A stretch of DNA of 63,194 nt, filler included, from Octopus bimaculoides (GCF_001194135.2; 7 parts of 6 records of this genome joined end to end with filler, not necessarily neighbours in it), one strand, 5' to 3'; shown: positions 25,101-38,397, counted from the first letter of the whole stretch. Notes: generated by a model from the letters alone, not told the origin. A program made the numbers and translations.

Positions 25101-27877
25101 CTTGTTTTACTCAAAGGGAAAAACATTTAATTGAGACTCATGCCCTGTTATTACATTCCATTCATGGAAATATCTAACTGCAGTTGGAAAGGAAGTACAT
25201 TAACGCTGCCTAAATTTAACTGGAATGGGATAGAATTATAATTATTAATCAGAATGCATTTATGATTGCTGTCTGCATAATTATACTTCGACGCTTGCAT
25301 ATTAATCATTTTTATATTCGTACATATTTTTAGCTTTATGCAGAATTTGAATTTAGGGAGCTCGGTTTTCGTATATTTATCACAAATAACATCGATTGCA
25401 CCTGGAATTTGAAACGAACAGGCATGACTGTATGATAAAGAAGCTCGCTTTGCAGCGGCCTCTCGGTTTCTGGGTTCAGCGACACCACGGGTAACTGCCT
25501 TTTACTATAGCCCCAGGCCGATTAATGACATGTGAGTGAATTTTGTAGATAGAAACTCTATCGAATCCCGTCGAATACACGTCTGCGTTTGTGTTTTACC
25601 CCACTATCGCCTGACAGCCGGTAGGAAGCAGCCGATAAAGTAAGTACCAATCGTAAAAATAATGAGTACTGTACTTGATTTGTTCAACTAAAATCCTTTC
25701 AAAGGCGGTGCCCCAGCATGGTCACGGTCCAATGACTGAAACAAATAAGAACTACTGGGTTGGCAACAAAGTTCCCACCGTTTTTTTTTATTTAAATTTT
25801 TTTAATGTTTAATGAAAAGTAACAACTAATTAATCAATAATGTATTCACCCTTGTTTTGGGGGAGGGGGCAAGTCGATTAGATCGACCCCAATACTCAAC
25901 TGGTACTTAATTTATCGACCTCGAAAGGATGAAAGGCAAAGTCGACCACGGCGGAATTTGAACTCAGAACATGGAGACAGGCGAAATAACTTTGATAATT
26001 CTATCAAATCAAAGATGCCCTTGAGTAAAACAACAAAGCAATATATCTTTCTTTTAAGCAGCTAATATCCTTGTCCAATTCACGAACTTTTACATTACTT
26101 GACTCTATCAGAGATAAAGCTTTATAACTCTTCAAAACAAATTATGATAAATTGGAAGTGTACGTACTCTCTTTCATGTCTTTTCGTACTATAGGAAAAT
26201 ACATTGCAAAGAAAGTAACCACAGTTTGAACAGAATCTTTTAGTGGGCAGATTTCCGAATATCAATCTTGGTTTGAAGTATTAAACTTCAATTAGAAAGG
26301 AAATGAAAAAGTAATGCTTGTCAGCTATTGGCCCTTGCTGGTCATATACAATTTGTCATCGCGCAGAATTAACTACGTCCTTATAATGGATGTACGCCAC
26401 GCTATACTCATGTATTTAAGAAAATTGGACTGCTGCTTGTGTGGTTCTAAAAAAACCTCTTTCAGATCGTTTTTACTGTACTTCATATGCTTATTGGATA
26501 TCGAGACGGCCACTATGCCAATAATAAATAGACTCACTAGTCCTATTTCACTTTATAATTTGTCAAGTTGTGAGGAAAAAACTTTAACAAACTTAGCTGA
26601 TTTATTGACTGATCGATGAACGATTTATGAAACAAATGATTTAATCTGTTAAATGCTTAACCAATCAATCGACAAATAAATATGAAAAAAGGTGAAATAT
26701 AACCAGCGCGTGTGTATATTATTGGCATAATCAACCTCGCGAGACACAACAAAATACACTTCAACTTACTAGTTGTTTTAACTGCTTTTAACGCTTTACA
26801 AGTTTCGCTAAATTTTATAGGGATATTCGAAGTGAATATATTTTACAGTTCTGCTAACTCTGCTGAGGTTCAACTGTTAACGCATTCCTTGTTGCTGATG
26901 TTTGCAATTTTTTTTAAATATGTATCTTTAAAGGAATAAGAGAATAAAGTAAATGCATGAAAAATAAGATAGGAATTTTGAAAGTATCTATAAAACTAGT
27001 TATGCATGAAATGACCATGGGGGGGGGGCGGTGTCCACCAGAATAAAATTGTAACCATTGGTAAGAAATGGTTGAGAACCACTGAATTAAATGAAATACG
27101 TCCACAATATATTTTCGTACTACAACATTCTGATTTGAAANNNNNNNNNNNNNNNNNNNNNNNNNNNNNNNNNNNNNNNNNNNNNNNNNNNNNNNNNNNN
27201 NNNNNNNNNNNNNNNNNNNNNNNNNNNNNNNNNNNNNNNNNNNNNNNNNNNNNNNNNNNNNNNNNNNNNNNNNNNNNNNNNNNNNNNNNNNNNNNNNNNN
27301 NNNNNNNNNNNNNNNNNNNNNNNNNNNNNNNNNNNNNNNNNNNNNNNNNNNNNNNNNNNNNNNNNNNNNNNNNNNNNNNNNNNNNNNNNNNNNNNNNNNN
27401 NNNNNNNNNNNNNNNNNNNNNNNNNNNNNNNNNNNNNNNNNNNNNNNNNNNNNNNNNNNNNNNNNNNNNNNNNNNNNNNNNNNNNNNNNNNNNNNNNNNN
27501 NNNNNNNNNNNNNNNNNNNNNNNNNNNNNNNNNNNNNNNNNNNNNNNNNNNNNNNNNNNNNNNNNNNNNNNNNNNNNNNNNNNNNNNNNNNNNNNNNNNN
27601 NNNNNNNNNNNNNNNNNNNNNNNNNNNNNNNNNNNNNNNNNNNNNNNNNNNNNNNNNNNNNNNNNNNNNNNNNNNNNNNNNNNNNNNNNNNNNNNNNNNN
27701 NNNNNNNNNNNNNNNNNNNNNNNNNNNNNNNNNNNNNNNNNNNNNNNNNNNNNNNNNNNNNNNNNNNNNNNNNNNNNNNNNNNNNNNNNNNNNNNNNNNN
27801 NNNNNNNNNNNNNNNNNNNNNNNNNNNNNNNNNNNNNTATATATATATGTATATACATATATACATACCTTACATAC

Positions 27878-27908
<31 letters not shown>

Positions 27909-27926
27909 TACATCACATATAGATGT

Positions 27927-27976
<50 letters not shown>

Positions 27977-28612
27977 CGCGGTACATAATTGCGATAATGT
28001 TTTCTATTTTTGATGTCTGAAAGTTATAAGAAGCAGCGATAGCCATTTTATTTTCATGGATTTATTGACATCCATTTACAGTCACACATACGCACATCCG
28101 GAGGTAAACGCACAGAAGACCACGAGCACACATACACGCACGCACTCACGCACGCACTCACGCACACAAACACACATATCGCGTTTTCATATGCCTGGCT
28201 GGTTTCCCTGTCTCTATATCTGTGTTTCTCTTTAAATCTCTCCGTCTGTCTCTCTCTCTGTCTCTCTCTCTGTCTCTCTCTCTATCTCTCTCTCTCTCAC
28301 TCCGTCTCTTTCTCTGTGTCTCTCTCTCTCTCTCGTTATTTCAATATCTGTATGTCTATTCTTCTGTTCCTTTTCTTTTTCCTCGTGGTATCAGTATATC
28401 GACAAAAATTTCCTTATATTTTCACTCCTATTTATTTCACACCCTCAGTTATTTATGTACACACAACACGGTCATATATATATGTATGCATGTGTTTGTA
28501 TGTGTATGTTAANNNNNNNNNNNNNNNNNNNNNNNNNNNNNNNNNNNNNNNNNNNNTTAATTAATTAANNNNNNNNNNNNNNNNNNNNNNNNNNNNNNNN
28601 NNNNNNNNNNNN

Positions 28613-29400
28613 TGTACCATCCTGAGCGTGACCGTTGCCAGTACCGCCTGACTGGCCGTGTAGGGTTTTCGAGCGAGATCGTTGCCAGTGCCCCTGGACT
28701 GGCTCTTGTGTGGGTGGCACATAAAAGACACCATTTCGAGCGTAGCTGTTTTCGTGCGGGTGACACGTAAAAGCAGCTACTACACTCTCTGAGTGGTTGG
28801 CGTTAGGAAGGGCATCCAGCTGTAGAAACTCTGCCAAATTAGATTGGAGCCTGGTGTTGCCATCCGGTTTCACCAGTCCTCAGTCAAATCGTCCAACCCA
28901 TGCTAGCATGGAAAGCGAACATTAAACGATGATGATGATGATGATGATATACACACATGCGTATGTATATTTGTTAGTAAATAAATATATATATGTGTCT
29001 GTGTGTGTGGTTGTGTATATATCAGTACATAGATGTATATATGTGTATACTTATATGTATGTATAGACACATATATCGGTATGTGTGTGTGTATATATGT
29101 ATGTGTATCGTTGCCAGTGCCCCTGGACTGGCTCTTGTGTGGGTGGCACATAAAATACACCATTTTGAGCGTGGCCGTTGCCAGTACCGCCTGACTGGCC
29201 TTCGTGCCGGTGGCATGTAAAGGCACCCACTACACTCTCTGAGTGGTTGGCGTTAGGAAGGGCATCCAGCTGTAGAAACTCTGCCAAATCAGATTGGAGC
29301 CTGGTGTAGCCATCTGGTTTCACCAGTCCTCAGTCAAATCGTCCAACCCATGCTAGCATGGAAAGCGGACGTTAAACGACGATGATGTCGATGATGATGA
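28613..29400 (+). mobile_element. Two tandem family-D retroposon 3' halves (28613-28950, 29105-29400) with (GAT)n tail; other copies 37550-37785 (+), 40780-41125 (-), 31770-31915 (-)
   Basis: GGTTGGCGTTAGGAAGGGCATCCAGCTGTAGAAAC...CCATGCTAGCATGGAAAGCGGACGTTAAACGATGATG; tail type suggests RTE mobilisation (inference). Confidence 0.85.
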
Positions 29401-30132
29401 TATCATCATCGTTTAACGTCAGCATGAAAAGCGGATGTTAAACAATGATGATATATATATATATAAGTAGACGAGTATGTGTGTGTCTGTGTGTGCATAC
29501 TTGCATGTGTGTCTGTATATGGTTTACGTCCTTTGTATTGGACATGTATTTATGTCTAATTGGCTACCTCTGTCTAGTTCATGGCCTAATGACCTCTCCC
29601 TAACAGCCCCTTGGCCATGACAATTTGCTAGATCCTGTCTTTCTTTTTTATTTTTGTCTCTTTTTTTCCTTTTCTATTTCTCTCTTACTTCCTGGTTTTG
29701 ACACAGGCATGGCATCATTCTGACTTCCTTGAAGTGGTGCTTTGTCTATTTATGTGACCTGCAATTTGACCATTTACATAACAGAGAAAATATATATTCA
29801 GAGATTCAACATATTTGGACAGTATACTGATGAGGTGTGAAAGGCATGATTACATAACGCCTCTACTTGTTATGTAATTATTTCCCCATTTTGCTGAAAA
29901 GTGTGTGTGTTCTATATAGCTTTGAATATCACACAAGTTTTCTGCTTATTTCTTTCTATATATATGTATAAGTATACTTACATGTTCATATAGTGATGAA
30001 GAAATGTATTTCTATGGTGATTTAACCAAAGAAACTATAAAAAGAGAATCAGTTTGGTAAATGTAGTAGACTGAATACAACTACAAATGTGTCATCTACC
30101 AACACTGAATAGACCCACTATAAACAACCTTA

Positions 30133-30297
<165 letters not shown>

Positions 30298-30394
30298 TCA
30301 ATTAATAAACAAATTCTATTCAATAAAATCATCATCATCATTCAACATCCTTGTTCTATGCTGGCATGGAAAATCAAATACCAGACACCTAAAC

Positions 30395-30790
30395 TGGGAT
30401 AGAGTTCCTGTATTAAAGAGAAGGTTGCATATGGTTTTAGGTTCAGTCCCACTACATGATACTCTTGGCAAGTATCATCTATAGCCCTGGATTGTATGTG
30501 GATTTGGTAGACAGAAACTGAAAGAAAAATAAACCTATCATATATATGTGTGTGTGTTGTCTTGACATTGTGTGATAGTTGTAAATGAGCATCACTATCA
30601 TACAAGCAGTGTCATTCATTTCCAAAAGTCTTTAAAAACATGTCTTGTGATGGGAAAATATAACCTTGCTTAGAAAAAGGTAAGAGCTGGCAATATAGGA
30701 AGGGGCAGCCAGCCATAGAAAATTTGCCTCAATAAACTCCATCTGATTCAGGAATCATAGAAAAGTGGGGAAACTGGTGATATGATGATG
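30395..30790 (+). mobile_element. Chimeric SINE: family A head joined to family-D-like tail, strongly CpG-decayed
   Basis: GGTTTTAGGTTCAGTCCCAC...GGATTTGGTAGACAGAAACTG then GAAGGGGCAGCCAGCCATAGAAA...GATGATGAT. Confidence 0.65.
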
Positions 30791-31989
30791 ATTTCCTAAA
30801 CTTCCAGTTGCAGTATCCTTTAAAGTAATACGGGAATGTTTGTTTACTCATGTCATGGGATGATTGCCAGCAGTAGTAGATTTGAAAAATTTTATAAATG
30901 TCGAATCAATTTCCTTTATAGTTAATTTTAGCCAGTCTATTTTTGATAGAAATTTATTGAGCTCTCACTTTATACATATTTAGTTACTTGGATTATTTGA
31001 CCAACCTTTAGGGCACATAGGGTTGATATTTGATTCTGTTTTTTATAGCATTAAAACACTCAACAGATAAATATCTATGAATCAAAAACTAATTTGATTG
31101 TTTTAGATATTAAGAGTACAAAACCCTCATATCTAAACCAATTTGATATTAAGAGAATAACATTCTCATATCTACAACAATAAAAAAAGAGTATTTCATT
31201 ATTCTATATTATATGTTACGATATTGAGGAACTCTCTTAAATGTTCTGGCACCTATTCTCAAAAAAGAAAATGTAAATTGAAGCAAATAGAATAAAGTGC
31301 CATGACCAGAAATACTTTGAAGAAAAATAATTATCCCCTCCGCCTTCCATAATATATCCAGTCAGATATTTTGGTTCTAGATATATCAGAAAATCTATGT
31401 ACAATCACTTACAACTAACTGCAGAAGGATTAATAATTTATATTTGTCTTCTGACCCTAGATTAATATATTCCATGCCACAGCTACTTATTTTGAACCCT
31501 TATTCCCTCAGTTAATCAGGCTGAAAATAGTATTTTTAATTACACACTTAAGTTACAACTTATATACAGCTATTATTCAAATTACATTCAACTACAATGT
31601 AAATACCATACAAATATCATGCAAATTACATAAAACCCTAAATATCTAAACCAATCAATTCCAACTCAGAAAAACAAAAAGGATGTGATTGAAATTTATC
31701 TCAAAACACATTTACATGCAATGTTCCTGAAAAATATTAGTACACTCTTTGTTAACTAAATGTAACTGTCACTTCTTCATTAAATGTCCACTTTTCCATG
31801 CTTGCATGGGTCAGACAGAATTTGTTGAGGCAGATTTTCTGAAGCCAAATGTCCTCTATCACCAACTCTCATCTGTTTTCAAGCAAGATAATATCTCCCT
31901 TAGGCCAGGCATGCTTTCCTCAGAAGACTTCTGATATTCTGAGCAAGATAGGGGTTTCAGATTACTGATGTCAATTTTAAGAGTGGATA

Positions 31990-34900
31990 TACCATAGCCA
32001 TACAGCTTTAAAAAAGATAGCTGGAGAGCAGCTGACAAAGGTCAGTCAGTTATCCATTGATGCATTGTATCCAGGTCTGATTGAAGGAAAGATTTATAAT
32101 GTATAGAATCTGCTCTTTTTATCTCAAAGTACAGCTTGGTGTCATTAGCATATTTCAATACTAAAATTTTTCAAGCTAGCATCTATGTCATTAAGATACA
32201 CAAGTAGTAGGGGTCCAAGAACAGATCCCAGATATCATCTCATAGGGTCAGAATGCTGTGCTAAAAACATGACTACCTTTTTTCAACTAAGAATGATGAA
32301 CTTAAACCAGTTATAAAGATCATCTCTTACACCCATTACAGAGAGTTTTGTCATAAGTTTTTATGTGGTGCAGATTTAAAGGCTTTAGTAAGGTCATGAT
32401 AGATAACATCTACCAATGAGCTGTCATCAGTGATTCGGGTGATATCTTCAAGAAACTTGACGAGTTGACCACAACAGCTGCAGTTAGGGATAAATCCAAA
32501 TTGTGAGGGTCAAATAAAACAGGGTTCCACAAGTTCCAAAGAGTTTCTCTGGCATAGGACTCCCTTGGTTTGGCAATGTAACTCGTAAGACTGATTAAAC
32601 AGTAATAGCCAGGTGATGTGCAATCATCCTTTTTGAACAAGAGAATGACGCTAGCAATTTTCCACTGCTCTGGAGTGACATAGTTATTAAGGCAGAATTG
32701 AAAGAAGAATAAAAGCTGGTGCTAAAGAAAGAACCCGCCACATTTGAAAAGCAGATATGTTAACACCATCAAGACCAGAAGAGGCACAGTTGCACTTATT
32801 CTTGAGAAGATATTGCAGTATTGCAGGTGTAAACCAAAGATGCGGGAGTGGCTGTGTGGTAAGTAGCTTGCTTACCAACCACATGGTTCTGGGTTCAGTC
32901 CCACTGCGTGGCACCTTGGGCAAGTGTCTTCTACTATAGCCTCGGGCCGACCAAAGCCTTGTGAGTGGATTTGGTAGACGGAAACTGAAAGAAGCTCGTC
33001 GTATATATATATATGTATGTATGTGTATATGTTTGTGTGTCTGTGTTTGTCTCCCCAACATCGCTTGACAACCGATGCTGGTGTGTTTATGTCCCCATAA
33101 CTTAGCGGTTCAGCAAAAGAGACCGATAGAATAAGTACTAAGCTTCCAAAGAATAAGTCCTGGGGTCGATTTGCTCGACTAAAGGCGGTGCTCACAGTCA
33201 AATGACTGAAACAAGTAAAAGAGTAAAGTGTAATTTGATGTCAGAGGTGGAAAAAATGGTACAATGGGATTTTCAACAGCAAAAATGCCAACATAGCATT
33301 CAGCAATAAGTTCTGCACACTCTTTGGGATCATCAGTAATCTGACCTGTGTGAGGATTGCAAAGAGGACCAACCGGAGAACGAATTTCTGCTTCAAATGT
33401 ACATATTTCCAGAACACTTTGCTAACAGAGTTGGTTGCTACACATTGTTCAAACTCAAGCACTGCCTTTTTAGTCACCTACTTGAGATAACTAGATGATC
33501 TATTGCATTATTGTGTTCCATGTCGTCTGTATTCCTGTTCAGCATCACAATGTTCTTTACTGGTAAGTCAGACTGCTGCAGTTTCCTAAATTGCATGCTT
33601 GGGATTTTTAATGCACTTATGTGGTGTTTCAAGCACAGCCCAGATTAAGTTCAGGATGTTCTGAAGTACAGTAGTGACATCTCCAGAATCATAAAATACA
33701 AGCCTGATTGAGCATTGTAACTTGGTGCAGCAGGAGTTCCAGTCAAAGTGAGCAGTTTAGAGGTAGTGATAATTTTTGCTTATGTGAATAAGAACCAAAT
33801 TGGCAATGATCATAGCATGATCAGAGTCACCTAAAGGTTCCTCTGCAGCAACACCGTAAACTATTTCAGAAATAGTAGTAAAGAGTAGACCTAAAGTGTG
33901 GTTGCCTCTAGTGTAGGAAGTGACTACTTGGGACCAGCTCATTATCCGGTACTAAATCAAAGAAATCATTTACACTTTGCAGCCAACAAAAGGTTTCCCA
34001 ACCAATCACTAGCAATGAAAACATAAGTGGCTGTTCTCTTAGATGCTGTTCTGAGGATGTCAAAAAGCTGTGTGTCTTGATGGTAGTTGGGGGTGGGGAG
34101 GAGAGACTCCGAGTAGAAGTGTTGACATGTTTATATATATATATTCACAGAAAAATACGTTATGATTTGTTCAGATCATCACAAGGAATTGGTAAAAAGT
34201 TTGAACAAACACCCCCAGAACAATGCAGTTCTTGTGAAACAAGTAGCTAGCCAAGCTAAAAACACCATTGTGCCCTTATTTCTGTGACTGTAATGGAATC
34301 GAGGTTAATACCTTTGATGTAAGAGTCAAAAAGGTGGATCAGATAGCATAAACTTCAGGCATTTAAGGACAGTAATTTGTATCTGGATTTAAGCCGATCA
34401 TGATGATATACAGGGGATGACGCATTGTTTTTGTTTAGTTTCCCAGAACTTTTCCATTACCATTATGGGCATACTATCCTCAGACCAGCTGGTATCCTTT
34501 TTCCATGTCTCACCAGACTTAACAAATTTCCATATTTGTCATCGCATAGGCTAAAACTTTCATACAGTGCTGAGTCACAATGCAAAGAAGCTACAGCAAG
34601 TAGCTTTAAGTGTATATTAGGTAGTAAGCCAGGATGAGTTCAAAAGGTAATCCAATTTTCACGCTAAGCCTTGTCCAAGACTAAATGCTTTGGTAGAGCT
34701 TGAGAATATCAACTTGATCAGTCTAGACTTGGATCCTGGTGGACCAAGGTAGAGAACATTATTTGGAGAAATGCAGTCTAAGTCCTTGGACAAGTTTGGT
34801 TATTTCTTCAGATATGCCAACGGCAGTTACATCATGTGGATTTGGCAAGAACTGTAGGCAGATTTCCAATACAATCCCTCACTGTGAGGTTCTGTACAAA
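31990..34900 (-). mobile_element. Decayed CR1-clade LINE (endonuclease and RT remnants), interrupted by a SINE
   Basis: QVVTSYTRGNHTLGLLFT...EEPLGDSDHAMI (APE end), VFWKYVHLKQK (linker), FKKDDCTSPGYYCLISLTSYIAK (RT start); order correct for minus strand; boundaries approximate. Confidence 0.85.
32842..33227 (+). mobile_element. Young family A SINE nested in the CR1
   Basis: Close to 664-1088; retains CpGs; short deletion near 33193. Confidence 0.92.
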
Positions 34901-35319
34901 ATTTTGTTTTAATATTCATTATTTCTAGGTTTAGATAAAAAATTCAGTTGTCGAATTTCCATAATTTCCATATAGATTTCTGCAACTTCCATACTGACAG
35001 TTGTTTTCTTTTCAGTGAAAGAGTCTGGAAAAACATTCTCTATAAAGACTTTAAGGAATTTTATCATGCTGGTTATTTTGTCTCCTACCTCAATGTTTTA
35101 TAACATCCTGTGGAACTCATTTCATATGTAGGCTGTCTTAGTTTTGATGGGTAGGGGTGAATTATAATGCACAAATAGGCTCCTGTGTGGCATTTCTGTA
35201 AAAGTTAGTGGGGATGGATACCTTCTCTGCAATTCTGAGTTCAAAATCAAGTAACAAACTATCAACTTGTATTATTTCATATAACTCTAAAAATATTATA
35301 AAAAGACACACACACACAC

Positions 35320-35355
<36 letters not shown>

Positions 35356-36129
35356 NNNNNNNNNNNNNNNNNNNNNNNNNNNNNNNNNNNNNNNNNNNNN
35401 NNNNNNNNNNNNNNNNNNNNNNNNNNNNNNNNNNNNNNNNNNNNNNNNNNNNNNNNNNNNNNNNNNNNNNNNNNNNNNNNNNNNNNNNNNNNNNNNNNNN
35501 NNNNNNNNNNNNNNNNNNNNNNNNNNNNNNNNNNNNNNNNNNNNNNNNNNNNNNNNNNNNNNNNNNNNNNNNNNNNNNNNNNNNNNNNNNNNNNNNNNNN
35601 NNNNNNNNNNNNNNNNNNNNNNNNNNNNNNNNNNNNNNNNNNNNNNNNNNNNNNNNNNNNNNNNNNNNNNNNNNNNNNNNNNNNNNNNNNNNNNNNNNNN
35701 NNNNNNNNNNNNNNNNNNNNNNNNNNNNNNNNNNNNNNNNNNNNNNNNNNNNNNNNNNNNNNNNNNNNNNNNNNNNNNNNNNNNNNNNNNNNNNNNNNNN
35801 NNNNNNNNNNNNNNNNNNNNNNNNNNNNNNNNNNNNNNNNNNNNNNNNNNNNNNNNNNNNNNNNNNNNNNNNNNNNNNAAAGGAGTTGGTCAGTTGTAGT
35901 GTGTGCATGGTGTGATGTGAGGGTGTTGGAAGGTGGGGAAGGCATGGGTGGAGAGTGGGTTAGGCTGAGGGTGGGGGTAGAGGTAGGGGTATGTGGGTGT
36001 AAGGAATTGGATGGGGTGGAGTGGGAAGGTAGAGTAGGAGTGTGTTGGGTGGGGTGGGATGAGCTTATGAGGGAAGGTTGATATAAGAGAGGGGAAGGTG
36101 GGTATGGGAAGAGGAAGAAAGAGAGGAAG

Positions 36130-36365
36130 AGAAAGAGAGTGAGAGAGAGTATGAGAGAGAAAGAGAGAGAGTAAGAGAGAAGAGAGTAAGAGTGAGAGAG
36201 AATAAGAGAGTAAGAGTGAGAGAGAGTAAGAGAGAGGAGAGAAAGAGTAGGGGTGAAGAGAAGTGGGAGTGAAGAGAAGTAGGAGTGAAGAGAAGTAGGA
36301 GTGAAGAGAGGTAGGAGTGAAGAGAAGTAGGAGTGAAGAGAAGTAGGAGTGAAGAGAGGTGATGA
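36130..36365. repeat. Purine-rich low-complexity tract with 16-bp minisatellite (GAGTGAAGAGAAGTAG) about x7 at 36251-36365
   Basis: Directly visible. Confidence 0.9.
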
Positions 36366-36869
36366 GACATACAGAGAAGTAGGAGTCGGAGGAGGGGAGG
36401 TGGGTGGGAGGAGAGGGGAGAGATGGGTGGTAGGAGGNNNNNNNNNNNNNNNNNNNNNNNNNNNNNNNNNNNNNNNNNNNNTTAATTAATTAANNNNNNN
36501 NNNNNNNNNNNNNNNNNNNNNNNNNNNNNNNNNNNNNAATTTTGAGGGAAGGGGACTAGACAATTACATCAAATCAGTACTTAACTGGTACTTATTTTTT
36601 TATAGACTTGAAATGGTGAAAGGCAAAGTCGACCTCAGTAGAATTTCTAAGAAATAAAGGTAATCTGATTAATGGAAGATTCAAATAAGCTTATTAAAAA
36701 ATATACAGGGATATTTTTCAAAAAAGGAGGATTTTGACAAAATTTATTTTTCTATAATAGTAATTTCCAGTACTTAAATTACAATGTAAAACAAAATTAT
36801 TTTTGAAAAAAGAAGTCTAAAATGCAAAAATTATCGAAATGGGGCAAAAAATTTTGAATTCTTTTTTAT

Positions 36870-36927
36870 TTTTTTCAGATTCCTAATCTCTAATGTTTAA
36901 ACATTAGAGATTAGGAATCTGAAAAAA
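36870..36927. repeat. Perfect 58-bp palindrome, imperfectly extendable to about 36846-36950
   Basis: TTTTTTCAGATTCCTAATCTCTAATGTTT|AAACATTAGAGATTAGGAATCTGAAAAAA, no spacer. Confidence 0.97.
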
Positions 36928-37941
36928 CTACAAATCATTCAAAATTTTTGACAAACTGATTAATTACTGACTCTAGCTGTCTTTTCCTTAATGGCGTGCA
37001 AATTTTAGAGAATGCTCGATTTTTGCAATTATCTACCCTTTTCATCTGGAGTTGATACAAGATGCTTCAAAGCAATTAGTTTACCTACTCTCTAGAATTG
37101 GCGATAATTTCAGTAAATTAAGAATTCATCTTGTCTTTTATTAAACATACCCCTATTCATTTTTATTGTTCAAATACATGATGCTGGCCACTTTACTGCA
37201 AATTATCTTGGCCATAAATGTGTTATCATTTTCTCTCTCTTCTTTGTATATGTCTATATGCCTTGTTTGCTGAACTAAGGCAGGACAATTGCTGTGCTGA
37301 TGACACCTATTGAGTCAGAAACATGTACTGACAGCTGTTCTCTTGTCTTTGCACAATCAGACTGTCTTTTCCTTAATTGCATGTAAATTTTGGAGAATAC
37401 TTAACTTTTGCATTTGTCTCTCTTTTCCCATTTGGTGTTGATACCAACTGCCATCAAGTGATTGATCTAGCCTCCTTGGAAGAGGATATAATTCAATAAT
37501 CAAAACTTTACATCATATATATATATGGCAACGGCCACAGGCACTTTTTACCTGTGGCCGTTGCCAGTACCGCCTGACTGGCCCTCGTGCCGGTAGCACG
37601 TAAAAGCACCCACTACACTCTCTGAGTGGTTGGTGTTAGGAAGGGCATCCAGCTGTAGAAACTCTGCCAAATCAGATTGGATCCTGGTGTAGCCATCTGG
37701 TTTCACCAGTCCTCAGTCAAATCGTCCAACCCATGCTAGCATGGAAAGCGGACGTTAAACGACGACGATGATGATGATGATGATTCCATGATGGAGACAA
37801 GTTACCAATGTCCAATATGACAAGCTTGATGATTGCTAAGAATTTTCAGCAAGAAACCAATGGTAGACTCGTTAACACACAAATAAAGAATATTTATGCA
37901 TCAATGCAGTGTTGAGCACTCATTCTCACTGCTTGATATCT

Positions 37942-38322
37942 GCACACTCCCGTCAGTTATGACGACAAGGGTTCCAGTTGATCCGATCAACGGAACAGCC
38001 TGCTCGTGAAATTAACGTGCAAGTGGCTGAGCACTCCACAGACACGTGTACCCTTAACATAGTTCTCAGGGAGATTCAGCGTGACACAGTGTGTGACAAG
38101 GCTGACCCTTTGAACTACAAGCACAACAGAAACAGGAAGTAAGAGTGAGAGAAAGTTGTGGTGGAAGAGTACAGCAGAGTTTGCCACCATCCCCTGCCAG
38201 AGCCTCGTGGAACTTTAGGTGTTTTTGCTCAATAAACACTCACAACACCCAGTCTGGGAATCAAGACCACGATCCTATGACCGCGAGTCCGTTGCCCTAA
38301 CCACTGGACCATTGCACCTCCA
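37942..38322 (-). mobile_element. tRNA-derived SINE, family C (other copies 38925-39187 -, 49061-49382 +, 51845-52163 +, 52454-52598 + partial)
   Basis: GGAGGTGCAATGG(C/T)CCAGTGGTTAGGGCA...GATTCCCAGAC head, ...GTTCCGTTGATCGGATCAACTGGAACCC...CAAC tail. Confidence 0.9.
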
Positions 38323-38362
38323 CTCAATATCTGTATTTATATATATATATATATATATACAT

Positions 38363-38397
<35 letters not shown>

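Noticed and set aside
26290-26620. Hydrophobic ORF faintly like GPCR TM6-helix 8 (SYWPLLVI...DVRHAILMYLRKLDCC)
   Set aside because: No NPxxY-like motif or upstream helices; too weak
29992-30085. C-box GTGATGA and downstream CTGA, snoRNA-like
   Set aside because: On the strand opposite to the host gene, with no terminal stem or recognisable guide
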